Of a stretch of 24,313 nucleotides of DNA, positions 10,001 through 18,976 are shown in pieces. Under the pieces are notes generated by a model that was given only the letters and a program-made list of their open reading frames with translations, was not told where the DNA came from and ran no database searches. The translations under genes were made by a program, and so were the position numbers. The DNA is taken from IMG/VR virus record IMGVR_UViG_3300032050_000059. The stretch is one strand, 5' to 3'. Source of the DNA: a virus (taxonomy: Duplodnaviria; Heunggongvirae; Uroviricota; Caudoviricetes). Positions within the stretch are counted from its first letter, which is position 1. Each line of letters begins with the position of its first letter.

Positions 10001-13000
10001 ACATTGTTAAGTTTACATCAGCCACAACAATTGGAAACAGTGCCACATGTCAAAAGGCTAGTGGTGACCTCTGTGTCAACCTAGCAGGTGGTATTGGTGT
10101 GGATGTTGGTAAGGGTGGTGGATCTATTGCTACAAACACAGCAGTGGGTAACAGTGCTCTGTCAAGCAACACCACTGGTGCAGGGAACGTTGCTGTTGGA
10201 TATTTTGCTCTAAGATGTAACACTACAGCTAATAATAACATTGCTATTGGTAAAAATGCTTTATGTGCTAATGTATCATCAACTGATCTTACAGCAGTTG
10301 GAGATGCGGCACTTAAAGCAAACACAGGTGCTTATAATTCAGCTTTTGGTGCTGCTGCTTTGTATAAAAATACAACAGGAACTAGTAATACAGCCATTGG
10401 TTTAAGAGCACTACAAGAAAATATTACAGGCAGTAATAACACTGCTGTTGGTAGGTTAGCTCTATTCTGTAACACGGCATCAAATAATACAGCAGTAGGT
10501 ACTTGTGCACTAAGAAGCAATACCACTGGTATTTATAATACAGCTCTTGGAACAAATGCACTCAAATCTAACACTACAGGTGGAAGAAACGTTGGTATTG
10601 GTCTTAACGCTTTGATTAGTAACATTACAGGTGCTCATAACATAGCTGTTGGATATGTTGCTTTAGGTTGTAATGTTTCAGGCAACAATAACATAGCTCT
10701 TGGTAGTTTAGCTTTACAATATAATACAGCCTCCAACAACACTGCTATAGGATTTTTTGCATTAAGAGCTAATACTACAGGTAATTACAACACAGCTATT
10801 GGTAGAAATGCGTTAAAGGCTAATACTATAGGTAGATATATTGTGGCTTTGGGAGATAGTGCCTTATATTCAAACACAACAGGTGAACGAAATACCGCTG
10901 TAGGATATGGTACTTTAGTATGTAATACTGTCGGAGCTAACAATACAGCTCTTGGATTCCAAGCACTCCGTCAAAATACGGCTTCCAATAACACAGCCGT
11001 TGGTTTCTGTGCTTTAAGAAGTAACACCACTGGTGTATATAATACTGCATTAGGTTTTCAATCTTTAGCATCTAATACAACAGGTAATAGTAATACTGCA
11101 GTTGGTTTACAATCACTTTTATACAATACTAGTGGTGTTCAAAATACAGCTGTAGGTAGAAGTACACTATTCTGTAATACTACAGGAAGTAATAACGTAG
11201 CTTTAGGTCAGGCTGCTCTTAGACTTAACACTATAGGTAATAGAAACATAGCCATAGGTAGAGCTGCTATGGAAGCCAATACTACTGGTGCGGATAACGT
11301 AGCTGTAGGACATTATGCTCTTATAGCTAATAGTGTTGGTACAAACAACGTAGCTATTGGTAGAAATGCTTTGTATTGTAATACCGCATCAAATAACACA
11401 GCAGTTGGATTTAGTGCTTTACGTAGTAATACTACTGGTACAAACAACGTAGCAGTAGGTTATTGTGCATTAAGAAATAATACAATTGGCACAGGAAATA
11501 ATGCATTTGGACATGGTTCACTAATCTGCAACACAACAGGAGCTAATAATGTTGCTGTTGGTACATCTTCTTTAGGTAGAAATACAATTGGTACAGACAA
11601 TACTGGTATTGGTGTAAATACTCTTTTATATAATACAACAGGTATAAACAACACAGCTGTTGGTAGAAGTGCTCTTCAAACAAATACTACAGGAACTCTT
11701 AATACAGCAGTAGGTGTTAATTCATTGTTAGTTAATACTGTAGGTTCAGTAAATGTTGCTGTTGGTGTAGGTGCTTTACAATCTAATATATCTGGTAATA
11801 ACAATATCTCAATAGGTGTTAACTCCCTTGTAACAAATCAGGTAGGTAGCTCTAACGTAGCTGTGGGTAGAGATGCTTTGTTTTCTAATACAGCATCAAA
11901 CAATACAGCTATAGGCCACTATTCTTTAAGATGTAATACTACTGGTACACCTAATACAGCTGTTGGTGCTAATGCTCTTGCTTCAAATACAATTGGAGAT
12001 ATTAATACAGCAATAGGTGTAAATGCTTTAAATTCTAATACAACAGGAAGAGGAAACGTCGCTGTAGGTCACACAGCATCCAATTCAAATGTTGTTGGTT
12101 CTTATAACACTTCAGTAGGTGTAAGTGCATTAAGATGTAATACTGCATCAACCAATACTGCAATTGGATTTTATTCTATGAGAAATAACTCCACAGGAAC
12201 TGTCAATACAGCTCTTGGAGTACAATCATTAGCATATAATACAACTGGTGCTAGAAACGTAGCAATAGGACATCAGGCACTTTTCAGTAATGTAGTAGGA
12301 GTAAACAATACATCGGTAGGTTATTTAGCTCTACTTTGCAGCACTGCATCAAACAACACAGCCGTAGGTTATTGCTCTCTTAGAAGCAATACTACTGGTA
12401 CATCAAATGTTTCTGTAGGTGGGTTTTCAACAAGATTAAATACCACTGGTGTACACAACTCTGCTTTAGGATTTGCTGCTCTTGAAACAAATGTAACAGG
12501 AAATTATAATGTTGCCGTTGGATATAGATCATTAAACCAAAACAAAGCTAGCAACAACACAGCAGTTGGATTTAATTCTTTAAGATTTAACACTACAGGT
12601 GCGTCAAACGTAGCTGTTGGTAAAAATGCGTTAGTAAGTAATACTACTGGTGCGCAGAATGTTGCAATGGGGTATAATGCCTTACTTGCAAACACCTCAG
12701 GTGGTAGCAATACTGCTTTGGGAATGAAAGCATTGTATTCTAACACAGTATCAAACAATACAGCTGTTGGTCGATATGCAATGTGTGCTAATACAACAGG
12801 CACCCAAAACACAGGTCTTGGATTTGGTGCATTAAAAACTAACACTACAGGTAATACAAACACAGCTGTTGGATATAACGCTTTAACATACAACACAACA
12901 GGAGGTCTTAACACAGCAATGGGTGTGTTGGCTCTTGAAAAGAATACAACTGGGTGCTATAATATAGCAATAGGACCATCTGCTCTTAGAAACAATACTA

Positions 13001-16000
13001 CAGGTGCTAGTAACGTTATTATAGGTAGAGATGCTGGGTATGCTAACACAATAGGATGTGCTAATACAGCAGTGGGTACTAACTCTTTAAAATGTAATAC
13101 AACAGGAGGCAGAAACTCTGCATTAGGATCTGGTGCCTTAAATGCCAATACAACAGGATGCTTTAACACAGCTGTTGGTTTTAACTCTTTAACAGCAAAC
13201 ACAGTAGGAAGTTTAAATACAGCCCACGGTGTTCAGGCATTAAAATCTAACACCACAGGAAATAGAAATACAGCTTTAGGTTTAAATGCATTATATGCAA
13301 ACAACGGTAGTTACAACGTAGCAGTTGGTACCTATTCAACACAAAATACAACAACAGGTTCTTGTAACGTAGCTGTGGGTTATGCAACGTTAGTTGCTAA
13401 TACAACAGGTATTAGAAACGTAGCAATAGGTGTTTGTGCTTTAAGTGCAAACCAAGCATCTTCAATTGTTGCTGTGGGACCTAATGCCTTAAGATGTAAT
13501 ACAACAGGAGCAGGAAATACAGCACTTGGTAATCAGGCATTGTTTGCTAACACAACAGGAGCAAATAATACTGCTGTTGGACAGAATGCAATGTTATGTA
13601 ATACTACTGGAGGTGGTAACTCTGCACTTGGTGATTACGCATTAAGGAGTAACACAACTGGTAATAATAACGTAGCAATTGGTAGATTAGCAGCATCATG
13701 CAATACTGTTGGTTCTTATAACATAGCAATAGGTAGAGACTCTTCACAAAATAATGTATCAGGAAGTAATAATATTGGTATTGGTTTCCAAGCATTACTA
13801 CAGAACACAGCGTCAAATAATACTGCTCTAGGATATAGAGCATTAAGAAGCAACACTACTGGTGCTTATAATGTAGCAGTAGGTGCATGCTCATCAATGT
13901 ACAACACCACAGGTGGTATAAACAGTGCATTTGGTTTTAGAGCAATGCTTAGAAACACCACTGGTATTCAAAATAATGCATTTGGTTTCTTAGCGCTTTG
14001 TAACAGCAATGGTAACTATAATAACGCATTTGGTGTTTGTGCTCTAAGACAAAACACGACAGGTGCTCGTAATACAGCTGTGGGCCATAGATCCATGAAC
14101 TATAACACAACAGGTAGTTATAACACAGCCATGGGTATGTGTTCTTTGTTGTGTAACACCACAGGTTCTAGTAATGTTGCTTTAGGATTTGCCTCATTAC
14201 AATGTAACTTAACAGGTACAGACAACGTTGCAGTTGGTGTTAATTCGTTATTTAAGAATTGTTCTAATAATAATGTTGCAGTTGGTGCTGCGGCTATGTT
14301 GGAAAACACAACTGGTACAAACAATGTTGCAATTAGTACCAGTGCGTTGAGGAATAATACAACAGGAGTAAGCAATGTTGCTATAGGATTTTATTCTCAA
14401 AGAGTTAGTGTTGCTTCTAACAACACTTCAGTGGGCGTTAGTACACTGAGATGTAACACAACAGGTACTAATAACGTAGCACTTGGAATTTCAGCGTTGT
14501 ATTCAAATACAACAGGTGTTTCAAATGTTGCTATAGGATCTGTTTCTTTGGCAGGCAATACAATAGGTCAACACAACGTAAGCATTGGTAGAGTAGCTCT
14601 TAGAAATAATAGTACAGGTAATAGTAACGTCGCTCTTGGTAGCTATGCTCTTTATGCAAATGTTACAGGTTGCAATAACATAGCCATGGGTTATTTGTCT
14701 TTAGCTTGTAATACTGCTTCTAACAATACAGCAGTGGGATATGCATCATTAAGATTTAATACCTCTGGTACAGACAATGCAGCATTAGGTCAATGTGCAT
14801 TGATTTTCAATACTACGGGTGCACAAAATACAGCTGTTGGTAAACAAGCTATGATGTACAACAACGTAGGTTGTAGAAACACAGCAGTGGGTACTTTTGC
14901 ATTGTTTAGAACAAGGTGTAGCAATCAAGTGGCTGTAGGATATGGTGCTTTAAGATATAACATAACAGGTGTTGGTAATACAGCAGTGGGTTATACCGCA
15001 GGAAGAAATAACGTATGTGGAAACAATAATACATCATTAGGAAATTCAGCATTAACTTCTAATACAGCATCATATAATACAGGTATAGGAGCTCAGGCAT
15101 TAACAAGTAATACAACAGGTGGTAACAATACAGCTGTTGGTATGCAATCAATGTTGCTTAATACAACAGGGTATCGAAACACAGCATTAGGTGTAAGAGC
15201 ATTATGTGCTAATACTACAGCAAACAGTAATACTGCACTAGGGTATAGTGCACTAAGAAAAAATATAACAGGCGCAGATAACACCGCTGTAGGAGGATAT
15301 GCTCTTGCATGTAACACATCAGGACGTCAAAACGTAGCTATTGGTAAGGATTCATCTAGATACAATCAAACAGGTATTTATAATACATCTCTAGGTGTAG
15401 CCTCTTTACAATCAAATACAGCAGGTAGTCGTAACACTGCTATTGGTTATCAAGCTTTATTATTGAATACAGCTTCTAACAATACAGCAGTGGGATATCG
15501 TTCCTTGAGGAATAATACTACAGGCTATTGTAATACGGCTGTAGGTAGATTTGCTTTATTTGCTAATACAACAGGCTTTAGAAACAATGCTTTTGGATCA
15601 AGAGCACTCTATTCCAATACTACAGGTGTTAGAAATGTGGCAATGGGTGATAGAGCTCTGGCAGCAAATACAATAGGTTTAAGTAATAGCTCCTTTGGAA
15701 CTTATGCTCTCTATACTAACACAACAGGATCTCTTAACGTAGCTGTAGGAAGCCAAGCATTATTTTATAATCTAGTTGGCTCAGCTAACACTGCTGTTGG
15801 AGCTGATGCGCTATTGTGTAACAAAGCATCAGGTAACACAGCCGTTGGTTTTTGTGCCTTAAGAACTAATACTACTGGTGCTCAGAATGTAGCTGTGGGG
15901 TACGGAGCATTGAGATTAAATACCACAGGTCAGTATAACACTGCTTTAGGATATCACGCTTTACGTAATAGCACAGGATCACAGAACAATGTTGGTTTAG

Positions 16001-18954
16001 GAATGCATGCAGGATGTGCTATTACTACAGGTAGTAATAATATTGCAATTGGTAGGGACGCTTTATCTACTGGCCAAACCATGAACAACAACGTTGCTGT
16101 AGGTAGAGATGCGCTACTTTTAAATACAGCAGACCACAATACCGCAGTAGGATTCTGCGCACTTAGAAGTAATACGACAGGTAATAGAAATACCGCTGTT
16201 GGTAGATATACTTTAAGATCTAATACAACTGGTAAATACAACGTAGGTGTAGGTGTTAATGCACTAGAATCAAATGCAGTGGGAGATAATAATACTGCTG
16301 TTGGTATGTTTGCACTTACAGCTAACACAGCATCAAACAACACAGCGGTTGGTTTCTGTTCTCTTAGGAGTAATACTACAGGAGGTAATAATACAGCTGT
16401 TGGTAGATACTCACTAAGAACAAACACTGTAGGCTACAATAATACTGCTCTAGGTGTTAATTCACTACAATGTAATGTATCAGGTAGATGGAATACAGCA
16501 GTTGGTTTTGTATCATTAAATTTAAACACTACAGGTATAGACAATACAGCATTAGGTGGAAACTCACTATATGCTAATACAACAGGAAACAGTAATACAG
16601 CGCTAGGTACCAACGCTTTGTGTGCTAATACAACAGGTGGATTCAATGTTGCTGTTGGACAGTCTGCATTAAGAGTAAATACTGCATCTAATAATACGGC
16701 TGTAGGTAGTTGTGCCTTAAGATATAATACCACTGGTACACAAAACGTAGCTCTTGGATTTGAAGCTCTACTATTAAATGTAGGTGCTAATAACAATACA
16801 GCTGTAGGAGCAGTGGCTATGAGAAGAAATACCAGCGGTGCTTACAATACAGCTATGGGTAGGGCTGCTCTTTATGCTAACACAATAGGAACTAGTAACG
16901 TTGCCATTGGATATAGATCATTATTTTCTAATACCACTGGAGATCATAATGTTGGTGTTGGAACTAACTCATTAAGATATAATACTACAGGAGGTTGTAA
17001 CGTAGCATTAGGTAGTACAGCATTGAGAAATAATACAACTGGTATTCGTAATACGGCTGTAGGTTGTGGTGCTATGTATGGAAACACAGGAGGACAAGCA
17101 AATGTAGCTGTTGGATTTAATGCTAATCAAGCTAACAACACAGGTGGAAGTAACACAGCTATTGGATTTAATTCACTGGCTAATAATAAAGCAGGTAGCA
17201 ATACAGCTGTAGGTGCTAGTTCACTTTATAATAACACTACTGGATTTAATAACACAGCTGTAGGACTTAATGCTTTAGTATCAAACACAACGGGATATAA
17301 TAACGCTGCACTTGGTGTACAATCACTTCAGTGCAATACAACAGGAAGACGTAATGTTGCGGTGGGTCCAAATGCACTATTCTGTAATACAACAGGACAA
17401 AATAACACAGGTTTAGGTTATAGATCTGGACAAAATAACCAAACTGGTACAGGAAACGTATCTGTTGGATATTATTCATTAACAGCCAATACAGCTTCAA
17501 ATAATACAGCATTAGGTGCAAGTGCGTTAAGAGCCAACACCACTGGTGCTAATAACACAGCTTTAGGTTATGTTGCGTTAAGGAATAATACTACAGGAGC
17601 ATCTAACGTAGCAATTGGATTTAGAGCACTTTGTGGCAATACAACAGGTGTAGCTAATATATCCATAGGTGTTCAATCCATGCTATATAATGCAGGTGGC
17701 ACTGCAAACATAGCTGTAGGATCACAAGCATTGTATAAGAACAATGGTTCTAATAACACTGCGGTTGGTCATGAAGCAATGAAATGTAACACAACAGGTA
17801 ATAGTAATACTGCTGTTGGATCTAACGCACTGTTTAAGAATACCACTGGTGTTTACAACACAGCGCTTGGAGGTAATGCTTTACAATGTAACACAACTGG
17901 TTGTAGGAACGTTGCTCTAGGTTTAAATACAATGAGATTTAACCTAACAGGATACCAAAATATAGGAATAGGTGTAAATGCTCTGTTGAACAGCTCATCA
18001 AACTCTTGTGACATTGGTATAGGTGATGGTGCTTTGTGTTCTAATACATATGGTGGTGGAAACGTAGGTGTTGGTATGTTGGCACTGAGCAGCCACAACT
18101 GGTACATCAAATCTCACAACGTTGCTATTGGTACCAGGGCATTGAAAGCAAACACCATTGGTAGCAATAATACAGCTGTAGGAGGATATGCTCTATATAA
18201 GAACACTAATGCAGGTGAGAATGCTGCGTTTGGTTACTTGTCTATGGCGTGCAACACCACAGGTAGTAGCAATGCAGGATTGGGAACCCAAACACTAAAA
18301 TCCAATACTACAGGTGTTTGTAATACAGCTGTAGGTACAAGAAGCTTATATCAAAACACCATAGGTACTTGCAATACAGCTGTAGGAACATGGGCCCTCT
18401 TTAACAACACTACAGGAAGATGTCACGTGGCTGTTGGATTTATAGCCAACTGTGCTATAAATGCGAACATCACTAACACTATTGCTGTAGGTACATGTTC
18501 TGCTACATCTGCTACAACAGGTCACACTGTTTGGGGTAATAGTGGTAACAACGTTTGTAACTGCGTATATGCAGCTTGGTCAAACGTATCTGACTGTCGT
18601 GATAAGACCAATGTTGAAACTCTTCCTGAGGAGCTTGGACTTAAATTCATCAAGAAACTTAGACCAGTTAAATACAACTGGGATCATAGAGACAACTATG
18701 TTAGAGAGTGTAACTATGAATATGGTGTGAAGGATGGATCTTTGGCTAGTGAGAAAGAACACTACGGTATTATAGCTCAAGAACTTAAGGGTGTTCTGGA
18801 TGAACTTAATGTGAGATATGATGCTCTAGGACATGATGGTGAGAAAGATGCCTACAGAATGACATATGAGGAACTGATTGCTCCGTTGATTAAGGCCATC
18901 CAAGAGATAGATGCTAGACTGGAAGTTGTGGAAGATAAAGTTTTGGCTAAATAA
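7099..18954 (+). CDS. Giant tail/head fibre protein (3951 aa): docking module, two Gly-X-Y (GTS) collagen-like blocks, about 165 17-aa solenoid repeats, C-terminal peptidase S74 chaperone
   Basis: Uninterrupted 11,856-nt ORF, with the repeat architecture directly visible and a C-terminal WSNVSDCRDKTNVETL...LRPVKYNW...HYGIIAQEL...YEELIAPLIKAIQE S74 signature. Confidence 0.92.
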   Translation: MNVLPNILSYGSSGSSGTSGEAVPHIPDFLESFPQQVETPEPIDPTVGKPSFLSKLYNSPQYQTPDPENTSINYSESFFNTPLLSNIVGSESSEGDGQSFINKLFGTTHCEPKFTSAPVVCAANPCPITLNATCVFYEGPNLIYTGINTNDNLQTALEKIEAAIADELAGSSGTSGTSGTSGTSGTSGSSGTSGTDGSGGSSGTSGTSGIDGTSGTAGTSGTSGTTGTSGSSGTSGTDGSGGSSGTSGTSGTSGTSGTSGTTGTSGTTGTSGTSGTDGSGGTSGTSGTSGTSGTTGTSGTSGTTGTSGSSGTSATSGTSGTSGTSGSSGTTGTSGTSGTTGTSGSSGTTGTSGTSGTSATSGTSGTSGTDGTGGTSGTSGTSATSGTSGTTGTSGSSGTSGTSGTSGTDGSDGSSGTSGTSGTAGTSATSGTSGSSGTAGTSATSGTSGTSGTSATDGTGGTSGTSGTSATSGSSGSSGTDGTGGTSGSSGTSATSGSSGTSGTSGSSGTTGTSGTSGTSGTSATDGTGGTSGTSGTSGSSGTTGTSGTTGTSGTSGTSGTNGSPGTSGTSATSGTSGSSATSGTSGTSGTTGTSGSSGLSGDRYATTSSTTYTLQAAGNTGTITVGTGLAYTVAQSIIIAYNATNYQEAEVTSYNSGTGSLSFTTITQVGSGTYSSWFVNLDGATGGDGSNGTSGTSGTSATSGTSGTTGTSGTSGSSGTTGTSGTSGTPGTSGTSATSGTSGTTGTSGTTGTSGTSGSSGTSGTDGSGGTSGTSGTTGTSGSSGSSGSSGSSGSSGTSATSGTSGTSGTNGSAGSSGSSGSSGSSGSAGTSGTAGSPGTSGTSGSSGTSGTAGTTGTSGTSGTTGTSGTSGLTGTSGTSGVNGTSGTSGTSGSSGTAGSSGTAGSSGTSGTAGTSGTNGSPGTSGTSGSSGSSGSSGTTGTSGSSGTSGTSGSSGTSVAVAGTQEYIVKFTSATTIGNSATCQKASGDLCVNLAGGIGVDVGKGGGSIATNTAVGNSALSSNTTGAGNVAVGYFALRCNTTANNNIAIGKNALCANVSSTDLTAVGDAALKANTGAYNSAFGAAALYKNTTGTSNTAIGLRALQENITGSNNTAVGRLALFCNTASNNTAVGTCALRSNTTGIYNTALGTNALKSNTTGGRNVGIGLNALISNITGAHNIAVGYVALGCNVSGNNNIALGSLALQYNTASNNTAIGFFALRANTTGNYNTAIGRNALKANTIGRYIVALGDSALYSNTTGERNTAVGYGTLVCNTVGANNTALGFQALRQNTASNNTAVGFCALRSNTTGVYNTALGFQSLASNTTGNSNTAVGLQSLLYNTSGVQNTAVGRSTLFCNTTGSNNVALGQAALRLNTIGNRNIAIGRAAMEANTTGADNVAVGHYALIANSVGTNNVAIGRNALYCNTASNNTAVGFSALRSNTTGTNNVAVGYCALRNNTIGTGNNAFGHGSLICNTTGANNVAVGTSSLGRNTIGTDNTGIGVNTLLYNTTGINNTAVGRSALQTNTTGTLNTAVGVNSLLVNTVGSVNVAVGVGALQSNISGNNNISIGVNSLVTNQVGSSNVAVGRDALFSNTASNNTAIGHYSLRCNTTGTPNTAVGANALASNTIGDINTAIGVNALNSNTTGRGNVAVGHTASNSNVVGSYNTSVGVSALRCNTASTNTAIGFYSMRNNSTGTVNTALGVQSLAYNTTGARNVAIGHQALFSNVVGVNNTSVGYLALLCSTASNNTAVGYCSLRSNTTGTSNVSVGGFSTRLNTTGVHNSALGFAALETNVTGNYNVAVGYRSLNQNKASNNTAVGFNSLRFNTTGASNVAVGKNALVSNTTGAQNVAMGYNALLANTSGGSNTALGMKALYSNTVSNNTAVGRYAMCANTTGTQNTGLGFGALKTNTTGNTNTAVGYNALTYNTTGGLNTAMGVLALEKNTTGCYNIAIGPSALRNNTTGASNVIIGRDAGYANTIGCANTAVGTNSLKCNTTGGRNSALGSGALNANTTGCFNTAVGFNSLTANTVGSLNTAHGVQALKSNTTGNRNTALGLNALYANNGSYNVAVGTYSTQNTTTGSCNVAVGYATLVANTTGIRNVAIGVCALSANQASSIVAVGPNALRCNTTGAGNTALGNQALFANTTGANNTAVGQNAMLCNTTGGGNSALGDYALRSNTTGNNNVAIGRLAASCNTVGSYNIAIGRDSSQNNVSGSNNIGIGFQALLQNTASNNTALGYRALRSNTTGAYNVAVGACSSMYNTTGGINSAFGFRAMLRNTTGIQNNAFGFLALCNSNGNYNNAFGVCALRQNTTGARNTAVGHRSMNYNTTGSYNTAMGMCSLLCNTTGSSNVALGFASLQCNLTGTDNVAVGVNSLFKNCSNNNVAVGAAAMLENTTGTNNVAISTSALRNNTTGVSNVAIGFYSQRVSVASNNTSVGVSTLRCNTTGTNNVALGISALYSNTTGVSNVAIGSVSLAGNTIGQHNVSIGRVALRNNSTGNSNVALGSYALYANVTGCNNIAMGYLSLACNTASNNTAVGYASLRFNTSGTDNAALGQCALIFNTTGAQNTAVGKQAMMYNNVGCRNTAVGTFALFRTRCSNQVAVGYGALRYNITGVGNTAVGYTAGRNNVCGNNNTSLGNSALTSNTASYNTGIGAQALTSNTTGGNNTAVGMQSMLLNTTGYRNTALGVRALCANTTANSNTALGYSALRKNITGADNTAVGGYALACNTSGRQNVAIGKDSSRYNQTGIYNTSLGVASLQSNTAGSRNTAIGYQALLLNTASNNTAVGYRSLRNNTTGYCNTAVGRFALFANTTGFRNNAFGSRALYSNTTGVRNVAMGDRALAANTIGLSNSSFGTYALYTNTTGSLNVAVGSQALFYNLVGSANTAVGADALLCNKASGNTAVGFCALRTNTTGAQNVAVGYGALRLNTTGQYNTALGYHALRNSTGSQNNVGLGMHAGCAITTGSNNIAIGRDALSTGQTMNNNVAVGRDALLLNTADHNTAVGFCALRSNTTGNRNTAVGRYTLRSNTTGKYNVGVGVNALESNAVGDNNTAVGMFALTANTASNNTAVGFCSLRSNTTGGNNTAVGRYSLRTNTVGYNNTALGVNSLQCNVSGRWNTAVGFVSLNLNTTGIDNTALGGNSLYANTTGNSNTALGTNALCANTTGGFNVAVGQSALRVNTASNNTAVGSCALRYNTTGTQNVALGFEALLLNVGANNNTAVGAVAMRRNTSGAYNTAMGRAALYANTIGTSNVAIGYRSLFSNTTGDHNVGVGTNSLRYNTTGGCNVALGSTALRNNTTGIRNTAVGCGAMYGNTGGQANVAVGFNANQANNTGGSNTAIGFNSLANNKAGSNTAVGASSLYNNTTGFNNTAVGLNALVSNTTGYNNAALGVQSLQCNTTGRRNVAVGPNALFCNTTGQNNTGLGYRSGQNNQTGTGNVSVGYYSLTANTASNNTALGASALRANTTGANNTALGYVALRNNTTGASNVAIGFRALCGNTTGVANISIGVQSMLYNAGGTANIAVGSQALYKNNGSNNTAVGHEAMKCNTTGNSNTAVGSNALFKNTTGVYNTALGGNALQCNTTGCRNVALGLNTMRFNLTGYQNIGIGVNALLNSSSNSCDIGIGDGALCSNTYGGGNVGVGMLALSSHNWYIKSHNVAIGTRALKANTIGSNNTAVGGYALYKNTNAGENAAFGYLSMACNTTGSSNAGLGTQTLKSNTTGVCNTAVGTRSLYQNTIGTCNTAVGTWALFNNTTGRCHVAVGFIANCAINANITNTIAVGTCSATSATTGHTVWGNSGNNVCNCVYAAWSNVSDCRDKTNVETLPEELGLKFIKKLRPVKYNWDHRDNYVRECNYEYGVKDGSLASEKEHYGIIAQELKGVLDELNVRYDALGHDGEKDAYRMTYEELIAPLIKAIQEIDARLEVVEDKVLAK
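7606..8904 (+). repeat. Collagen-like Gly-X-Y block 1 (144 triplets, mostly Gly-Thr-Ser/Gly-Ser-Ser)
   Basis: First Gly codon at 7606 and last at 8902, exactly 144 x 9 nt apart. The Gly position is occasionally Ala (ATS). Codons are heavily synonymously varied. Confidence 0.93.
9148..9975 (+). repeat. Collagen-like Gly-X-Y block 2 (92 triplets)
   Basis: 828 nt = 92 x 9 nt of GTS/GSS/GTT/GTA triplets, from GATGGDGSNG to ...SSGTS. Confidence 0.93.
10135..18492 (+). repeat. Array of about 165 degenerate 17-aa (51-nt) repeats, consensus NTAVGxxALxxNTTGxx, with interspersed 16-aa variants; likely beta-solenoid/beta-roll
   Basis: The unit is read directly from the translation (e.g. NTAVGNSALSSNTTGAG). 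2786 aa / 17 is about 164. The fold assignment is inference. Confidence 0.9.
18589..18951 (+). other. Peptidase S74 intramolecular chaperone/autocleavage domain
   Basis: S-D-C-R-D-K (Ser3831, Lys at +5, the same spacing as the Ser-Lys dyad of endosialidase chaperones), followed by L.PV.Y.W, GIIAQE and a C-terminal coiled coil. Confidence 0.92.
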
Positions 18955-18973
18955 AAAACAATAGGTATATTTG
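18942..18973 (+). promoter_or_regulatory. Bacteroidota-type sigma-A promoter (-33 TTTG, 20-nt spacer, -7 TATATTTG) heading the glycan-modification operon
   Basis: TTTG at 18942-18945, 20 nt, then TATATTTG at 18966-18973, followed by C, at the fibre/GT boundary. Confidence 0.65.
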
Positions 18974-18976
18974 CCT

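Noticed and set aside
7527-10046. Long Val/Pro-rich minus-strand ORFs (7527-8972, 9036-10046) and Leu/Val/Gln-rich alternate-frame plus ORFs (7739-8899, 9146-9721, 9749-9979)
   Set aside because: Shadows of the GTS codon repeats, which lack stop codons in other frames; they have no independent starts or domain content.
10050-18110. Multiple short minus-strand ORFs with PVVL/PTAVL repeats
   Set aside because: Antisense translations of the NTTG/NTAVG repeats.
10135-18492. Possible CRISPR array or DGR template/variable repeats
   Set aside because: The 51-nt periodicity is protein-coding with wobble variation. There is no invariant repeat with unique spacers, no adenine-specific mismatch pair and no reverse transcriptase in the window.
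10135-18492. Labelling the array as YadA/Hep_Hag head repeats or as an ice-binding/ice-nucleation solenoid
   Set aside because: YadA-type repeats are about 14 aa and no autotransporter anchor is present. There is no regular T-x-T ice-binding motif or AGYGST 16-mer. The unit here is 17 aa.
10135-18492. Hundreds of N-x-T sequons (NTT, NNT) as N-glycosylation sites
   Set aside because: The Asn/Thr residues look like structural solenoid ladders, and no HMW1C/NGT-like or oligosaccharyltransferase gene is recognisable. Not excluded, but unsupported.
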